Source: Arcobacteraceae bacterium
Lineage (GTDB): Bacteria > Campylobacterota > Campylobacteria > Campylobacterales > Arcobacteraceae
Assembly (NCBI GenBank): GCA_965224485.1
Contig: CBDCZH010000016.1
Span: 128,001 to 192,000, forward strand
Length of the DNA: 64,000 nucleotides
Reading direction: 5' to 3'
Below, piece after piece: positions 48,043 to 60,550 of this stretch; the first letter of the stretch is position 1; each line of letters begins with the position of its first letter. The translations under genes and the position numbers were made by a program. Below the pieces are notes generated by a model, which worked only from the letters and a program-made list of their open reading frames with translations, made no database searches and had not been told where the DNA came from.

Positions 48043-49370
48043 AATATTTCTCCTACAGCAGTAATTAAAGCATCTAATTCATCTTTACTTCTTTTCTCAG
48101 TTACAGATATTAAAACTTTGTTTTGTGAGTTTTCATATAAATTCCCTAAGTTAATTCCAGCATAAAAACCTTTAGCACTTAACTTATCTAAAAATACTGT
48201 AGCACTTAAAGGTGTTTTAATTACAAACTCGTTAAATGTAGCACCCTTATTACAAAGTTCTAAAGAAGAAATCTTACTTAAACCTTCTTTTAAATATTCA
48301 CTTTTGCTAAAACATAAATTACTCATATTAACTAATCCATCACGTCCTAATAAAGACATAAAAATAGTAGAACGTAAAGCAAGTAAATTTTGGTTTGAAC
48401 ATATATTTGAAGTAGCTCTTTGTCTTCTAATATGTTGTTCTCTTGCTTGCATAGTTAATACAAACATTTCTTTACCATCTTTATCTAAAGTTTTACCAAT
48501 AATTCTTCCAGGTAGGTTTCTAATATCTTTTGAACGAGTAGCTATCATTCCAAAAGAAGGACCGCCAAAATTTAAATAGTTTCCTAAACATTGTCCATCT
48601 GCACAAACAATATCAACACCTAAACTTCCAGGGTCTTTTATCATTCCTAGTGCAATTGGATAAGCTGACATAACGGCTAATGCTTTATGTTCATGTAGTT
48701 TTTCAATAATTGAAGTAAAGTCTTGAACTGTTCCAAAAAAGTTAGGATTTTGAAATAAATAAGCAGCAACACTTTTATCAATTTTTTCTTCAACTTTTTT
48801 AAAATCACTTAAATCATCATCCATATTGATAACTTCAACTTCAATATCTCTAAAGCTAAGATAAGTTTTTACTACTTTTATATATGTAGCATTAACTCCA
48901 GAATCAATTAATACTTTATTTCTTCTTGTGATTCTAACTGCCATTAAAGCAGACTCAGCTAATGCTGTTGCTCCATCATACATAGACGCATTTGACACAT
49001 CCATTCCAGTTAGTTCACAGATTAAACTTTGGTATTCATATAAACTTTGTAATGTTCCTTGAGATGCTTCTGCTTGGTAGGGAGTATAAGCTGTATAAAA
49101 TTCACTTCTTCCTGCAAGTGCATCTACTGCTGAGGGAACTATATGGTCATAATAACCCCCACCTAAAAAGATAGTTTTATTTGTTACATTTTTCTTAGCA
49201 AGTGCATTAAACTTTGAAAAAGTAGTAAACTCATCTAAACCATCTTCTAAATCAAGATGTTCTACTTTTAAATCAGATGGAACTGAGCTAAATAAATCAT
49301 CTTCTTTATCTAAACCTATAACATCTAACATCTCTTTGATATCAGATTTTGTATGTGGAGTATATGGCAT
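48039..49370 (-). CDS. gcvPA: Glycine dehydrogenase subunit 1
   Basis: FYTAYTPYQAEASQG, NASMYDG, REQHIRRQRATSNIC. Confidence 0.96.
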   Translation of the reverse strand: MPYTPHTKSDIKEMLDVIGLDKEDDLFSSVPSDLKVEHLDLEDGLDEFTTFSKFNALAKKNVTNKTIFLGGGYYDHIVPSAVDALAGRSEFYTAYTPYQAEASQGTLQSLYEYQSLICELTGMDVSNASMYDGATALAESALMAVRITRRNKVLIDSGVNATYIKVVKTYLSFRDIEVEVINMDDDLSDFKKVEEKIDKSVAAYLFQNPNFFGTVQDFTSIIEKLHEHKALAVMSAYPIALGMIKDPGSLGVDIVCADGQCLGNYLNFGGPSFGMIATRSKDIRNLPGRIIGKTLDKDGKEMFVLTMQAREQHIRRQRATSNICSNQNLLALRSTIFMSLLGRDGLVNMSNLCFSKSEYLKEGLSKISSLELCNKGATFNEFVIKTPLSATVFLDKLSAKGFYAGINLGNLYENSQNKVLISVTEKRSKDELDALITAVGEIL

Positions 49371-49379
49371 ATATTTTCC

Positions 49380-49745
49380 TTATAAAGTATTTATATAAAC
49401 TGCGTATTCGTCACCTGACATAAGCGAATTAAGTTCATCTTCATTAGATAACTTAATTTTAAAAATCCAATTACCTTCTGCATCTTTGTTTAATAATTCA
49501 GGCACATCTAATAACTCTTCATTAATCTCAACAACTTCACCTGAAACTGGTGAATAAATATCAGAAGCTGCTTTAACAGATTCAATAAAAGCAATACTTG
49601 CAGACATTTCTACTTCTGATTCAAGTTCAGGAAGTTCTAAAAATGTAATATCACCTAATTGCTCAACTGCATATCTCGAGATTCCAATTGACGCAATTCC
49701 GTCATTAACTTCTACCCACTCATGTTCTTCATTAAATTTTTTCAT
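49380..49745 (-). CDS. gcvH: Glycine cleavage H protein
   Basis: HEW, QLGDI, IESVKAASD lipoyl-lysine, SPVSGEV. Confidence 0.96.
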   Translation of the reverse strand: MKKFNEEHEWVEVNDGIASIGISRYAVEQLGDITFLELPELESEVEMSASIAFIESVKAASDIYSPVSGEVVEINEELLDVPELLNKDAEGNWIFKIKLSNEDELNSLMSGDEYAVYINTL

Positions 49746-49791
49746 TTTTTCTCCTAGTTTTGTTTTTTATATTTAAAATCTTTTACTATAT

Positions 49792-50865
49792 TTATTTCTT
49801 TTTTATAAAAGGTAAAGAAGCTTTATTTGCTTCAATACTTCCTCTTTTATCTCTTAACTCAAAAGAAGAACTTTCATCAAAAACAGCTGTATCAAGCATA
49901 GCTAAACCAATACCTACATTTAGTGTTGGTGAAAATGCAGCAGAAGTTACAAAACCAATCTCTAAGTCATTTTGAAAAACTTTAAAATCTTTTCTAGCAG
50001 ATCTTCTTGAAGTTGTTTTAAAAGGAATAATAATTCTATTTACACCTTCTTCTTTTTGTTTTTTTAAAGCAGAACAACCAATATAATCTCTTTTAACATT
50101 TATAAACATTCCTAAGTTTGCTTCAATTGGTGATATTGTTTCGCTTAAATCATTTCCATAAAGTGAATAACCCATTTCTAATCTAAGAGCATCTCTTGCA
50201 CCTAAACCAGCTGGTTTAGCACCATCTTTTAATAAAGCTTCCCATAATTTAACAGAAGTAGAAGCATCAATATAAAGTTCAAAGCCTAGTTCACCTGTAT
50301 AACCAGTTCTTGATAATAAACAATATTCACCAAATACTTTAGTTTCTATAAATGAAAAGAATTTTAATTCATCTAAATTAATGTCAAAATATTTTTCTAA
50401 GATTTTTTTAGAATTAGGACCTTGAACATCAAGTTTAGCAAACTCTAAAGATCTATCATCTAAAGTTCCTACTTTGATTCTTGAGCTTAGAGTTTTAAAA
50501 TCAACTCCGCTTCTTGAAGCATTTACAACTATCATAAGTTCATCAGCAGCTAATTTGTAAACAATTAGATCATCAATAACTCCACCATCTTCATTTAATA
50601 AAAAACCATATTTACATTTATTAATAGGTAAAATATCAATATCAATAGAAACAGCTTTACTTATTTCACTTCTAGCAATATCTCCTTTGAAAAAAAACTC
50701 TCCCATATGAGAAGTATCAAATAAAGCAACATCATTTCTACAATAACCATGCTCAGCAATAATACCATCAAACTGTATAGGCATATTCCAACCGCAAAAA
50801 GGTACCATTCTTGCATTTAGTTCTTTTTGTTGTTCAAACAGTGGCGTTTTTAAAAGCTCTTCCAT
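49792..50865 (-). CDS. gcvT: Aminomethyltransferase
   Basis: GWNMP, FDTSHMG, SRTGYTGELGFE, GLGARDALRLE. Confidence 0.96.
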   Translation of the reverse strand: MEELLKTPLFEQQKELNARMVPFCGWNMPIQFDGIIAEHGYCRNDVALFDTSHMGEFFFKGDIARSEISKAVSIDIDILPINKCKYGFLLNEDGGVIDDLIVYKLAADELMIVVNASRSGVDFKTLSSRIKVGTLDDRSLEFAKLDVQGPNSKKILEKYFDINLDELKFFSFIETKVFGEYCLLSRTGYTGELGFELYIDASTSVKLWEALLKDGAKPAGLGARDALRLEMGYSLYGNDLSETISPIEANLGMFINVKRDYIGCSALKKQKEEGVNRIIIPFKTTSRRSARKDFKVFQNDLEIGFVTSAAFSPTLNVGIGLAMLDTAVFDESSSFELRDKRGSIEANKASLPFIKKK

Positions 50866-51013
50866 TATTATCCTTTAAAAAATTTATATATAATTATTAT
50901 AAATAAGAAAAGAGGAACAAAAGTATCAAAAAAGTCTAATTTAATATCTTATTATAGTTTAATTGGAAATTATTTATTTATTTAGAGAATATAATATATC
51001 AATATTTGATATA

Positions 51014-51700
51014 TTAATTATAGTAATTGAGCTTATAACCTGCTGCATATATATTTTCAATACTATTTTTAGGGAGTTTCTTTCTAAGTCTTTTTATAAT
51101 ATCTTTTACCTTAGTTGTACTGCTATCATACTCATCTAAGTCATCCCATAAGTATAAAGTTATTTCATCAAGAGTAAAAACCCTATTATCTTTTGAAGCT
51201 AATAAATCAAGTAATAATATTTCATGTTTGGTAAGTTTTATTTCATCATTTTTATTAAAAAGTTTATGTGAGTTTTTATTCCAAGTAAAATCATTAGTTA
51301 AGATAATAGAATCTAATTCCCCATTTAACTCTTTTAACTGAAATACTGCCTCATTTAGAGCCTCTTTAAGTTCAGATCTTGATATAGGTTTAGGTAGGTA
51401 TTTTGTTAAATTAAGCTCTGCTGCAAAAAGTAATTTGTCTTGTTCTAAGTGCGCTGTTAGAATTATAATTCTACTTATTTTATCATTTTCTCTTATGATT
51501 TTACTAAGTTGCAAACCATTTATTTTTGGCATATTTATATCCAAAAGTAAAATATCTGGTTTATGTTTTTTATAAAGAGCTAGAGCAATTTCCCCATTAC
51601 AAGCTTGGTAAACTTCTTTAAAATGTCTTTTTAGATAATTGCTATAATTTTCTCTTGTTTGGTCTTCATCTTCTGCATAAAGTATTGTAGAATTATTCAT
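51014..51700 (-). CDS. OmpR-type response regulator
   Basis: YAEDE, DINMP, YLPKP, winged-helix IKRLRKK...GY. Confidence 0.92.
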   Translation of the reverse strand: MNNSTILYAEDEDQTRENYSNYLKRHFKEVYQACNGEIALALYKKHKPDILLLDINMPKINGLQLSKIIRENDKISRIIILTAHLEQDKLLFAAELNLTKYLPKPISRSELKEALNEAVFQLKELNGELDSIILTNDFTWNKNSHKLFNKNDEIKLTKHEILLLDLLASKDNRVFTLDEITLYLWDDLDEYDSSTTKVKDIIKRLRKKLPKNSIENIYAAGYKLNYYN

Positions 51701-51702
51701 TT

Positions 51703-52584
51703 TTAAGATCCTTTTACTTCAAGTTCTTTATTTAAAACTATAGAAAAATTTGCCCCATTTTCTTTATTTGTTACACTTAAAACACCATGCATTGATTTTT
51801 CAACTATCATCTTTGCCATACATAAACCGTGACCAGTTCCTTGGGAGTGTGGTTTAGTAGTAAAATAAGGGTCAAAAATTTTATCAAAATGGTTTTCTTT
51901 AATTCCACCTGCATTATCACTAATTTCTATACAAGCCTTATAATCTTTTACATAAATATTTATAAATATTTTTCTTTTTTTAATATCACGTTCATCTAAA
52001 ACATCTTTTGCATTATTTAAAATAACCAATAAGGCTTGGATAAACTCATTTTTAACACCTTTTATTAAAGAATCTTCTTTAATACTAAGTTTTGAAACTA
52101 TTTTTTTTGATTCTAATAATTTATATACTAATTCGTATGCATTATCAAAAGCTTCTTTTATTGAAAAAATTTCTTTTTTATCATTTGGTTGTAAATATGT
52201 GTTAAAAGAAGTAATAGTATCAGACATATAAAAAGTTAGTTTTTCTATCTCATTTAAATGCTCTTCTAAAAGTTTTTTATTTAGTTTATTTTCATCAAAA
52301 TCTTCTTCTATATTTAAAACAACAGAATTTATTTGATTTAAAGGCTGTTTCCACTGATGAGCTATATGAGCTAAAGTCTCACCAACAGCTGCTAATTTTG
52401 ATTGAGCAATTAATAACTCATCTTTTTGTCTTAATAAAAGTAGCTGCTTTTTAACTTCTTTTTCTAGTTTTTCACTATAATTTTCATTCGCTTTTTTATA
52501 TGAAAAAATATACAAACTAAAAATTATAATACTTAAAGAAATTAAATAAATATAATATTGGTTTTTTATAAAAAGCTCTAACAT
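51703..52584 (-). CDS. Sensor histidine kinase (single TM, no obvious sensor domain)
   Basis: AHQWKQPL H-box, NNAKD, DNAGG, FDPYFTTK, GTGHGL. Confidence 0.88.
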   Translation of the reverse strand: MLELFIKNQYYIYLISLSIIIFSLYIFSYKKANENYSEKLEKEVKKQLLLLRQKDELLIAQSKLAAVGETLAHIAHQWKQPLNQINSVVLNIEEDFDENKLNKKLLEEHLNEIEKLTFYMSDTITSFNTYLQPNDKKEIFSIKEAFDNAYELVYKLLESKKIVSKLSIKEDSLIKGVKNEFIQALLVILNNAKDVLDERDIKKRKIFINIYVKDYKACIEISDNAGGIKENHFDKIFDPYFTTKPHSQGTGHGLCMAKMIVEKSMHGVLSVTNKENGANFSIVLNKELEVKGS

Positions 52585-52588
52585 AAAA

Positions 52589-53164
52589 CTATTTACTTAA
52601 ACCCACAAAAGCTTCAACTATAGCTTCTATTTCTAAGTTTTTTACTCTAGTTTCAACTGAATCAATACTTTCATTCTCATGAACTTCTATTTTTTTTTGT
52701 AAAATATACTCACCTTCATCATAGTTTTCATTTACAAAATGAATAGTAGCTCCTGTTTGTTTTTCTTTATTTTTTACAACAGCTTCATGTACAAATCGTC
52801 CATACATTCCTACTCCTCCAAACTTAGGTAAAAGTGCTGGATGAGAATTTATAATTTTATTTGGAAAAGTTTTTAAAAGTTTTTTTTCTATTTTTTTCAT
52901 AAAACCAGATAAAAAAACATAATCACAGCCATAATTTATCAAAATACTAGTAATTTGCTCATCTAAATCAATATTAGGGAAAACTTTTTTATTTACTAAA
53001 AAATTAGGAATATTTCTCTTTTGTGCATTTTTTAAAACATTTGCATCACTGTTATTTGAAATAACTACAACAATTTGTCCATCTAAAACTTTATTATTAA
53101 TTGCCTCATATAAAGCATCAAAACCACTTCCATTATATGAAGAAAGAACACCTATTTTTATCAT
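52589..53164 (-). CDS. purN: Phosphoribosylglycinamide formyltransferase
   Basis: SYNGS, VVISN, INSHPALLPKFGG, GATIHFV...YDEG. Confidence 0.88.
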   Translation of the reverse strand: MIKIGVLSSYNGSGFDALYEAINNKVLDGQIVVVISNNSDANVLKNAQKRNIPNFLVNKKVFPNIDLDEQITSILINYGCDYVFLSGFMKKIEKKLLKTFPNKIINSHPALLPKFGGVGMYGRFVHEAVVKNKEKQTGATIHFVNENYDEGEYILQKKIEVHENESIDSVETRVKNLEIEAIVEAFVGLSK

Positions 53165-53273
53165 TTTTACCCTTTTTAGTAAAATATTATACACTTTTTA
53201 CAATTTATTTACGTTTATGATTTATAGCTCTTATGTTATAATCACCTTAATTAAAAACAAGGTTTATTTAAAG

Positions 53274-54746
53274 ATGCAAGAAGCACAAACAAAAACACAA
53301 AAATTCATAGTTAAGTTTTTTCCAGAAATTATGATAAAAGGCCCTAGTGCCAAAAAACAAATGTCAGCTCAATTATATGCAAACTTATTAAAGTTATTGC
53401 AAAAAATTTCACCAGATATTAACTTAAAAAAATTCTCTGATAAGATTGAAGTTGTCTGTCCAATAGATACTCTAACAGAAGTGAGAATTGTATTATTAAC
53501 TACTCCTGGAATTGAGCAAGTTTTAGAAGCACTGCAGTTTAATGATATGAATACTTTAGATGATATTAAAGTTAAAGTAAATGAAATGATGAGCTATAAA
53601 ATAAAAGATAAATCTTTTGTAGTACGAGCAAAACGTTCAGGAAGCCATGAATTTAAATCAACAAATATTGAGCAAACTGTTGGTGGATATATGTTAAGTA
53701 GAAACAAAGGCTCAAGAGTTGACTTACATAATCCTGATGTTAAAATTTCACTTGAACTTATAAATAATCAACTAAATATAATAACACTTAGACATAAGGC
53801 ACTGGGTGGTTTTCCCCTAGGAACTCAAGGTAGTATTTTATCACTTATGTCAGGTGGTTTTGATTCAACAGTAGCTTCATATCTAACTATGAAAAGAGGA
53901 CTTAAAACACATTTTGTTTTCTTTAATTTAGGTGGAATTGCTCATGAAATTGGAGTAAAACAAGTAGCACTTTTTTTATGGAATAAATTTGGTTCTTCTC
54001 ATCGTGTATCTTTTATATCTATTCCTTTTGATGATGTTTTAGAAGAAATATTTAGATCAACTGCTCCTTCATATATGGGTGTAACACTAAAAAGACTTAT
54101 GTTACAAGCTAGTTCAAAAATAGCAGACTCTATGGAAATAGATGCTTTATTAACAGGAGAAAGTGTTGCTCAAGTATCTTCACAAACGCTAAGAAACCTA
54201 GCTTTAATTGACCAAGCTTGTGATAAATTAGTTTTAAGACCACTTAGTACTATGAATAAACCAGAAATCATGGATATAGCTTCTGATATTGGAACAAAAC
54301 GTTTTGCAGAACAAATGCCTGAATATTGTGGAGTAATTTCAAAAAATCCTATTATTCATGGTTCTTTTAAAAGAATGAAAGAACAAAGCAAAAAGTTTGA
54401 TTACACAGTTTTAGATGAAGCTGTTTTAAATGCAAAAAGTATTTATGTAGATGAGATAGTAGATGATATTAAAAATATTGCCAAAATTGAAGTAATAAAC
54501 GATATTTCAAGTGGTGAATTTACAATCATTGATATAAGAGCTGATGATGTTTGTATAGAAACATCTTGCGAAACACTAAAAATTCCTTTTTTCAAACTTA
54601 AAAATGCTTTCAAAAAACTTCCACAAAATAAAGAATATTTATTATATTGTGAAAAAGGAATTATGAGTCAGTTACATGCTCAATATTTAAAAGATTCACA
54701 AGAGTGTAAAAATGTAAGAGTATATAGACCTTTAGAAGATAAATAA
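53274..54746 (+). CDS. thiI: tRNA 4-thiouridine synthase (THUMP + PP-loop + rhodanese-like)
   Basis: SGGFDS, TGESVAQVSSQTL, PEYCGVIS, LYCEKG. Confidence 0.95.
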   Translation: MQEAQTKTQKFIVKFFPEIMIKGPSAKKQMSAQLYANLLKLLQKISPDINLKKFSDKIEVVCPIDTLTEVRIVLLTTPGIEQVLEALQFNDMNTLDDIKVKVNEMMSYKIKDKSFVVRAKRSGSHEFKSTNIEQTVGGYMLSRNKGSRVDLHNPDVKISLELINNQLNIITLRHKALGGFPLGTQGSILSLMSGGFDSTVASYLTMKRGLKTHFVFFNLGGIAHEIGVKQVALFLWNKFGSSHRVSFISIPFDDVLEEIFRSTAPSYMGVTLKRLMLQASSKIADSMEIDALLTGESVAQVSSQTLRNLALIDQACDKLVLRPLSTMNKPEIMDIASDIGTKRFAEQMPEYCGVISKNPIIHGSFKRMKEQSKKFDYTVLDEAVLNAKSIYVDEIVDDIKNIAKIEVINDISSGEFTIIDIRADDVCIETSCETLKIPFFKLKNAFKKLPQNKEYLLYCEKGIMSQLHAQYLKDSQECKNVRVYRPLEDK

Positions 54747-54795
54747 GAAGCACTAAGCTCCTAAATTTAATCTTATGAAATACCTAGCAAAGAAT

Positions 54796-55269
54796 TTACT
54801 TAATTCTTTGCGCATGTGTTATAGCAATAGCAATAGCATCTGTAATATCTAAGGGTTTTATCTCTTTTTTTATTCCCAAAAGTCTTTTTACCATAAAAGC
54901 AACCTGCTCTTTTGTAGCTTTACCATTTCCTGTAACTGCTTTTTTTACTTGTAAGGGCGTATATTCGCTAAAATTTCCAAAAACTTGTAATACTTTTAAA
55001 GATATTGCTCCTCTAAATTGAGCTAATTTTATAACTGATTTTGGATTAAAAGCAAAAAACATATCTTCAATTGATACTTCATCAATCTCATGCTTAGAAA
55101 AAATCAAATCTAAACCTTCAGTCATTTCTAAAATTTGTTCTTGCAGAACTCTTGTTTTGATTTTTATAAGACCTGCTTCTATTAATTTTATATTACTTCT
55201 ATCTTTTTCAATAATTGCATATCCACAATTTATTGTTCCAGGATCTATACCTAAAATCTTTTTTTTCAA
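54796..55269 (-). CDS. ruvC: Holliday junction resolvase
   Basis: [36 protein letters not shown]. Confidence 0.96.
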   Translation of the reverse strand: MKKKILGIDPGTINCGYAIIEKDRSNIKLIEAGLIKIKTRVLQEQILEMTEGLDLIFSKHEIDEVSIEDMFFAFNPKSVIKLAQFRGAISLKVLQVFGNFSEYTPLQVKKAVTGNGKATKEQVAFMVKRLLGIKKEIKPLDITDAIAIAITHAQRIK

Positions 55270-55299
55270 AGCTATTTTCCTTAGTTTTTTATCATATTT

Positions 55300-55500
55300 T
55301 TTAAAACTTATTCACATATATTTATTTATTCACATATATTTATTCACATATTAAAAGTTCCATATAATCATACATTTTACATAAATATTCACTTAAATTC
55401 ACTAATCTTTTCACTATTATTTACAATTTTTATCTATGTAAATATAATCCTTATAAAATATTTGATATACTATTCTTTATTTATAATAAAAAGAGCTAAT
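55300..55500. other. oriC1 DnaA-box cluster (ruvC-dnaA)
   Basis: TTATTCACA at 55308, 55326 and 55340 plus degenerate TTCAC boxes. Confidence 0.8.
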
Positions 55501-55505
55501 AAGAT

Positions 55506-56822
55506 ATGACAACAAAAGAAATTCTATCAATTTTACAAAAAGAAGCTAATCCATCTGACTATAACAGATATTTAAAACAGCTTACGTATAAAAAAATATC
55601 ATCAGATAAAAATATTGCCGTATTTGAAGTTTCAAATAAATATATTGCTAATTGGATTAAAACAAAATATACAAATATCATACAACACTGCTTTGAAATT
55701 TATGATGGAAGCAAACCAAGTATTGAAATAAAACTTACTGGTGAGAAAAAAAGTAAAAAAGAGCTAATTTTAAACCAAATTAAAGCTCAAGCAATAGATA
55801 GTACTATGCTTAATCCATCTTACACTTTTGATTCTTTCGTAGTTGGAAGCTCAAATCAAATGGCGTATAACGCTTCAATAGCAGTTTCTAAAAAACCAGG
55901 AATACAGTATAACCCACTTTTTATATATGGTGGAACAGGTTTAGGTAAAACTCACTTACTTCAAGCAATAGGAAACTCTGCAATTGAGAGTGGTAAAACT
56001 GTAATTTATGTAACAATTGAACAATTTATGAATGATTTTACATTTTCTATTAAAAATAAAAATATGGATCATTTTAGAAGTAAATACAGACAGTGTGATG
56101 TTTTACTTATTGATGATATTCAATTTTTAAGTGGAAAAGAGCAAACTCAAGAAGAATTTTTCCATACATTTAATGAACTTCATAACGCAAAAAAACAAAT
56201 TGTTATGACGTCAGATAGACTTCCTTCTCAAATAGCTGGTTTAGTTGATAGATTGAAGTCTCGTTTTGAGTGGGGTTTAACAGCTGATGTTCAAATTCCA
56301 GGACTTGAAACAAAAATAGCTATTATTGAGAAAAAATCAGATTTAAATGGAATTGAATTATCAAGAGATGTAATAAACTTCATAGCTGCTAATTTAGATT
56401 CATCAATTAGAGAAATAGAAGGAGTATTAATTAGAATTAATGCCTCAGCTTCACTATTAAATCAAGAAATAAACCTTGAAATGGCTCAAAATATCTTAAA
56501 AGAACAGATAAAAGAGACAAAAGAGAATATTAAACTTCCAGATATTATCTCTATTGTAGCAAATGAGTTAAATATCAAACCAAGTGATATCAAATCTAAA
56601 AGAAGAACAGCAACGGTTGCAAATGCTAGAAGAGTAGTAATCTACCTTGCACGTGAGTTAACACATAATTCTATGCCAGATATTGCTAAGTTCTTAGGAA
56701 TGAAAGATCATAGTTCAATCTCTCATAATATTAAAAAAGCAAATGAACTAATACAAAAAGATGAAAATTTTAAGTTAATTATTGAGAATTTAAAGAATAA
56801 AATTATAAATAAGGACTGGTAA
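55506..56822 (+). CDS. dnaA: Chromosomal replication initiator
   Basis: YNPLFIYGGTGLGKTHLL, IDDIQF, QEEFFHTFN, RL.SRFEWG, KDHSS. Confidence 0.98.
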   Translation: MTTKEILSILQKEANPSDYNRYLKQLTYKKISSDKNIAVFEVSNKYIANWIKTKYTNIIQHCFEIYDGSKPSIEIKLTGEKKSKKELILNQIKAQAIDSTMLNPSYTFDSFVVGSSNQMAYNASIAVSKKPGIQYNPLFIYGGTGLGKTHLLQAIGNSAIESGKTVIYVTIEQFMNDFTFSIKNKNMDHFRSKYRQCDVLLIDDIQFLSGKEQTQEEFFHTFNELHNAKKQIVMTSDRLPSQIAGLVDRLKSRFEWGLTADVQIPGLETKIAIIEKKSDLNGIELSRDVINFIAANLDSSIREIEGVLIRINASASLLNQEINLEMAQNILKEQIKETKENIKLPDIISIVANELNIKPSDIKSKRRTATVANARRVVIYLARELTHNSMPDIAKFLGMKDHSSISHNIKKANELIQKDENFKLIIENLKNKIINKDW

Positions 56823-56990
56823 ATTAAGTAGTTATATTATAAACTAATATAAATATGTGAATAGATGTGAATAAAAACATAAAGTTATTCAACCTATCAA
56901 CAAATGATTACATCGAGCTTTGAACAATGTTTTCATCTATTCACATGTACTACTAATACCACTACTTAAAAGAAGAATATAAGGGGATAA
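56823..56990. other. oriC2: DnaA boxes plus DnaA-trio/DUE (dnaA-dnaN)
   Basis: TGTGAATAG 56856, TGTGAATAA 56866, TTATTCAAC 56885, CTATTCACA 56937, followed by TAC-TAC-TAA-TAC-CAC-TAC at 56948-56965. Confidence 0.8.
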
Positions 56991-56993
56991 AAA

Positions 56994-58064
56994 ATGAGAT
57001 TTATTATAAACAAAAGTATTTTCGAAAATGTAATATCATCAATGCAACCATTTTTAGAAAAAAAAGATTCTAGTTCAATAACATCGCATATATATTTAGA
57101 AGTACTAAACTCAAATTTAGTAATAAAAGCAACTGATTATGAAATAGGTTTATTATCACATATAAATGAAATCAATGAACCAATTGATGGAAAAGCAACA
57201 GTTAATGGTAATAATTTATTAGGAATAATAAAAAGATTAAAAGATACAGATATCATAATTGAAACTAATGATAATAATTTATTAATTAAACAAAATAAAT
57301 CTTCTTTTAAATTACCAATGTATGATGCAAATGAATATCCATCTTTTGTACAAAGTAATGATTTAAATAAATTAGATATTTCAACTATAAATTTAATTAA
57401 CTCAATTAGAAAAATTACACCAGCAATTGATAATAACAATCCAAAATTTGAATTAAATGGTGCTTTAATAGATATTAAAAATTCTAAAATAAATTTTGTT
57501 GCAACTGATACTAGAAGACTTGCTATTTCTTATTTAGAAAATATTTCAAATAAAGAAGGTCAGTTTATAATTCCTAAAAAAGCTATTATAGAAATACAAA
57601 AACTATTTTTAGATGAAGCTATAATTACTTATGATGATACTAATTTAATAATTTCAAATGATAAAATACAATTTTTTACAAAATTAATAAATGGTAAGTT
57701 TCCTGATTATGAAAGAATTATTCCAACTTCATTAAAAAACAATTTATCAATTCCAAAAAATGTATTAGTAGAATCTATTAAATTAGTAACTTCTTTATTC
57801 TCAAATATTAAAATCACATTTGCACCTACTTGTATTATCTTTGAAAGTTTAGATGAAGATAGTGAAGCTAAAACGCAAATTGATATTAATTTAAATATTG
57901 AAAATGAATTTCATTTAGCAGTAAATGCAAAATATTTATTAGATTTTTTAAGTTTAACACTAAATGAAAATGTAACAATAGGTTTTAACGAATCAAATTT
58001 ACCATTTTACTTAGAAGATGAAAAATTTTATACAATTGTAATGCCAATTGTATTAGACAAATAA
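56994..58064 (+). CDS. dnaN: DNA polymerase III beta clamp
   Basis: ATDYEIG, VATDTRRLA, LINGKFPDYERIIP, IVMP. Confidence 0.97.
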   Translation: MRFIINKSIFENVISSMQPFLEKKDSSSITSHIYLEVLNSNLVIKATDYEIGLLSHINEINEPIDGKATVNGNNLLGIIKRLKDTDIIIETNDNNLLIKQNKSSFKLPMYDANEYPSFVQSNDLNKLDISTINLINSIRKITPAIDNNNPKFELNGALIDIKNSKINFVATDTRRLAISYLENISNKEGQFIIPKKAIIEIQKLFLDEAIITYDDTNLIISNDKIQFFTKLINGKFPDYERIIPTSLKNNLSIPKNVLVESIKLVTSLFSNIKITFAPTCIIFESLDEDSEAKTQIDINLNIENEFHLAVNAKYLLDFLSLTLNENVTIGFNESNLPFYLEDEKFYTIVMPIVLDK

Positions 58065-60392
<2,328 letters not shown>

Positions 60393-60395
<3 letters not shown>

Positions 60396-60522
60396 TCTAA
60401 AGCCATCTTTTAAATAATCTCTGCGTTGGAGATGAGTATTTTACTCAGTCACCTACTTTAGTAGGCTCCTTCGCAAAATCTAATCTCCGCCTTGACCTTA
60501 ATTAAAATATGATTTTATGTTA
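60393..60522 (-). repeat. ERIC/IRU-like imperfect palindromic element (second copy)
   Basis: Minus strand CAAGGCGGAG...GGAGCCTAC-TAAA-GTAGGTGAC...CAACGCAG; imperfect terminal inverted repeat. Confidence 0.7.
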
Positions 60523-60550
60523 ATATAAATAACTAAATAATAGGAAATCT

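Noticed and set aside
50866..51013. Glycine riboswitch upstream of gcvT
   Set aside because: The region is short and extremely AT-rich, with no recognisable aptamer stems.
55308..55348. TTATTCACATAT repeats as a CRISPR array or VNTR
   Set aside because: Units are too short, have no spacers, and match DnaA boxes upstream of dnaA. No CRISPR array was seen in the window.
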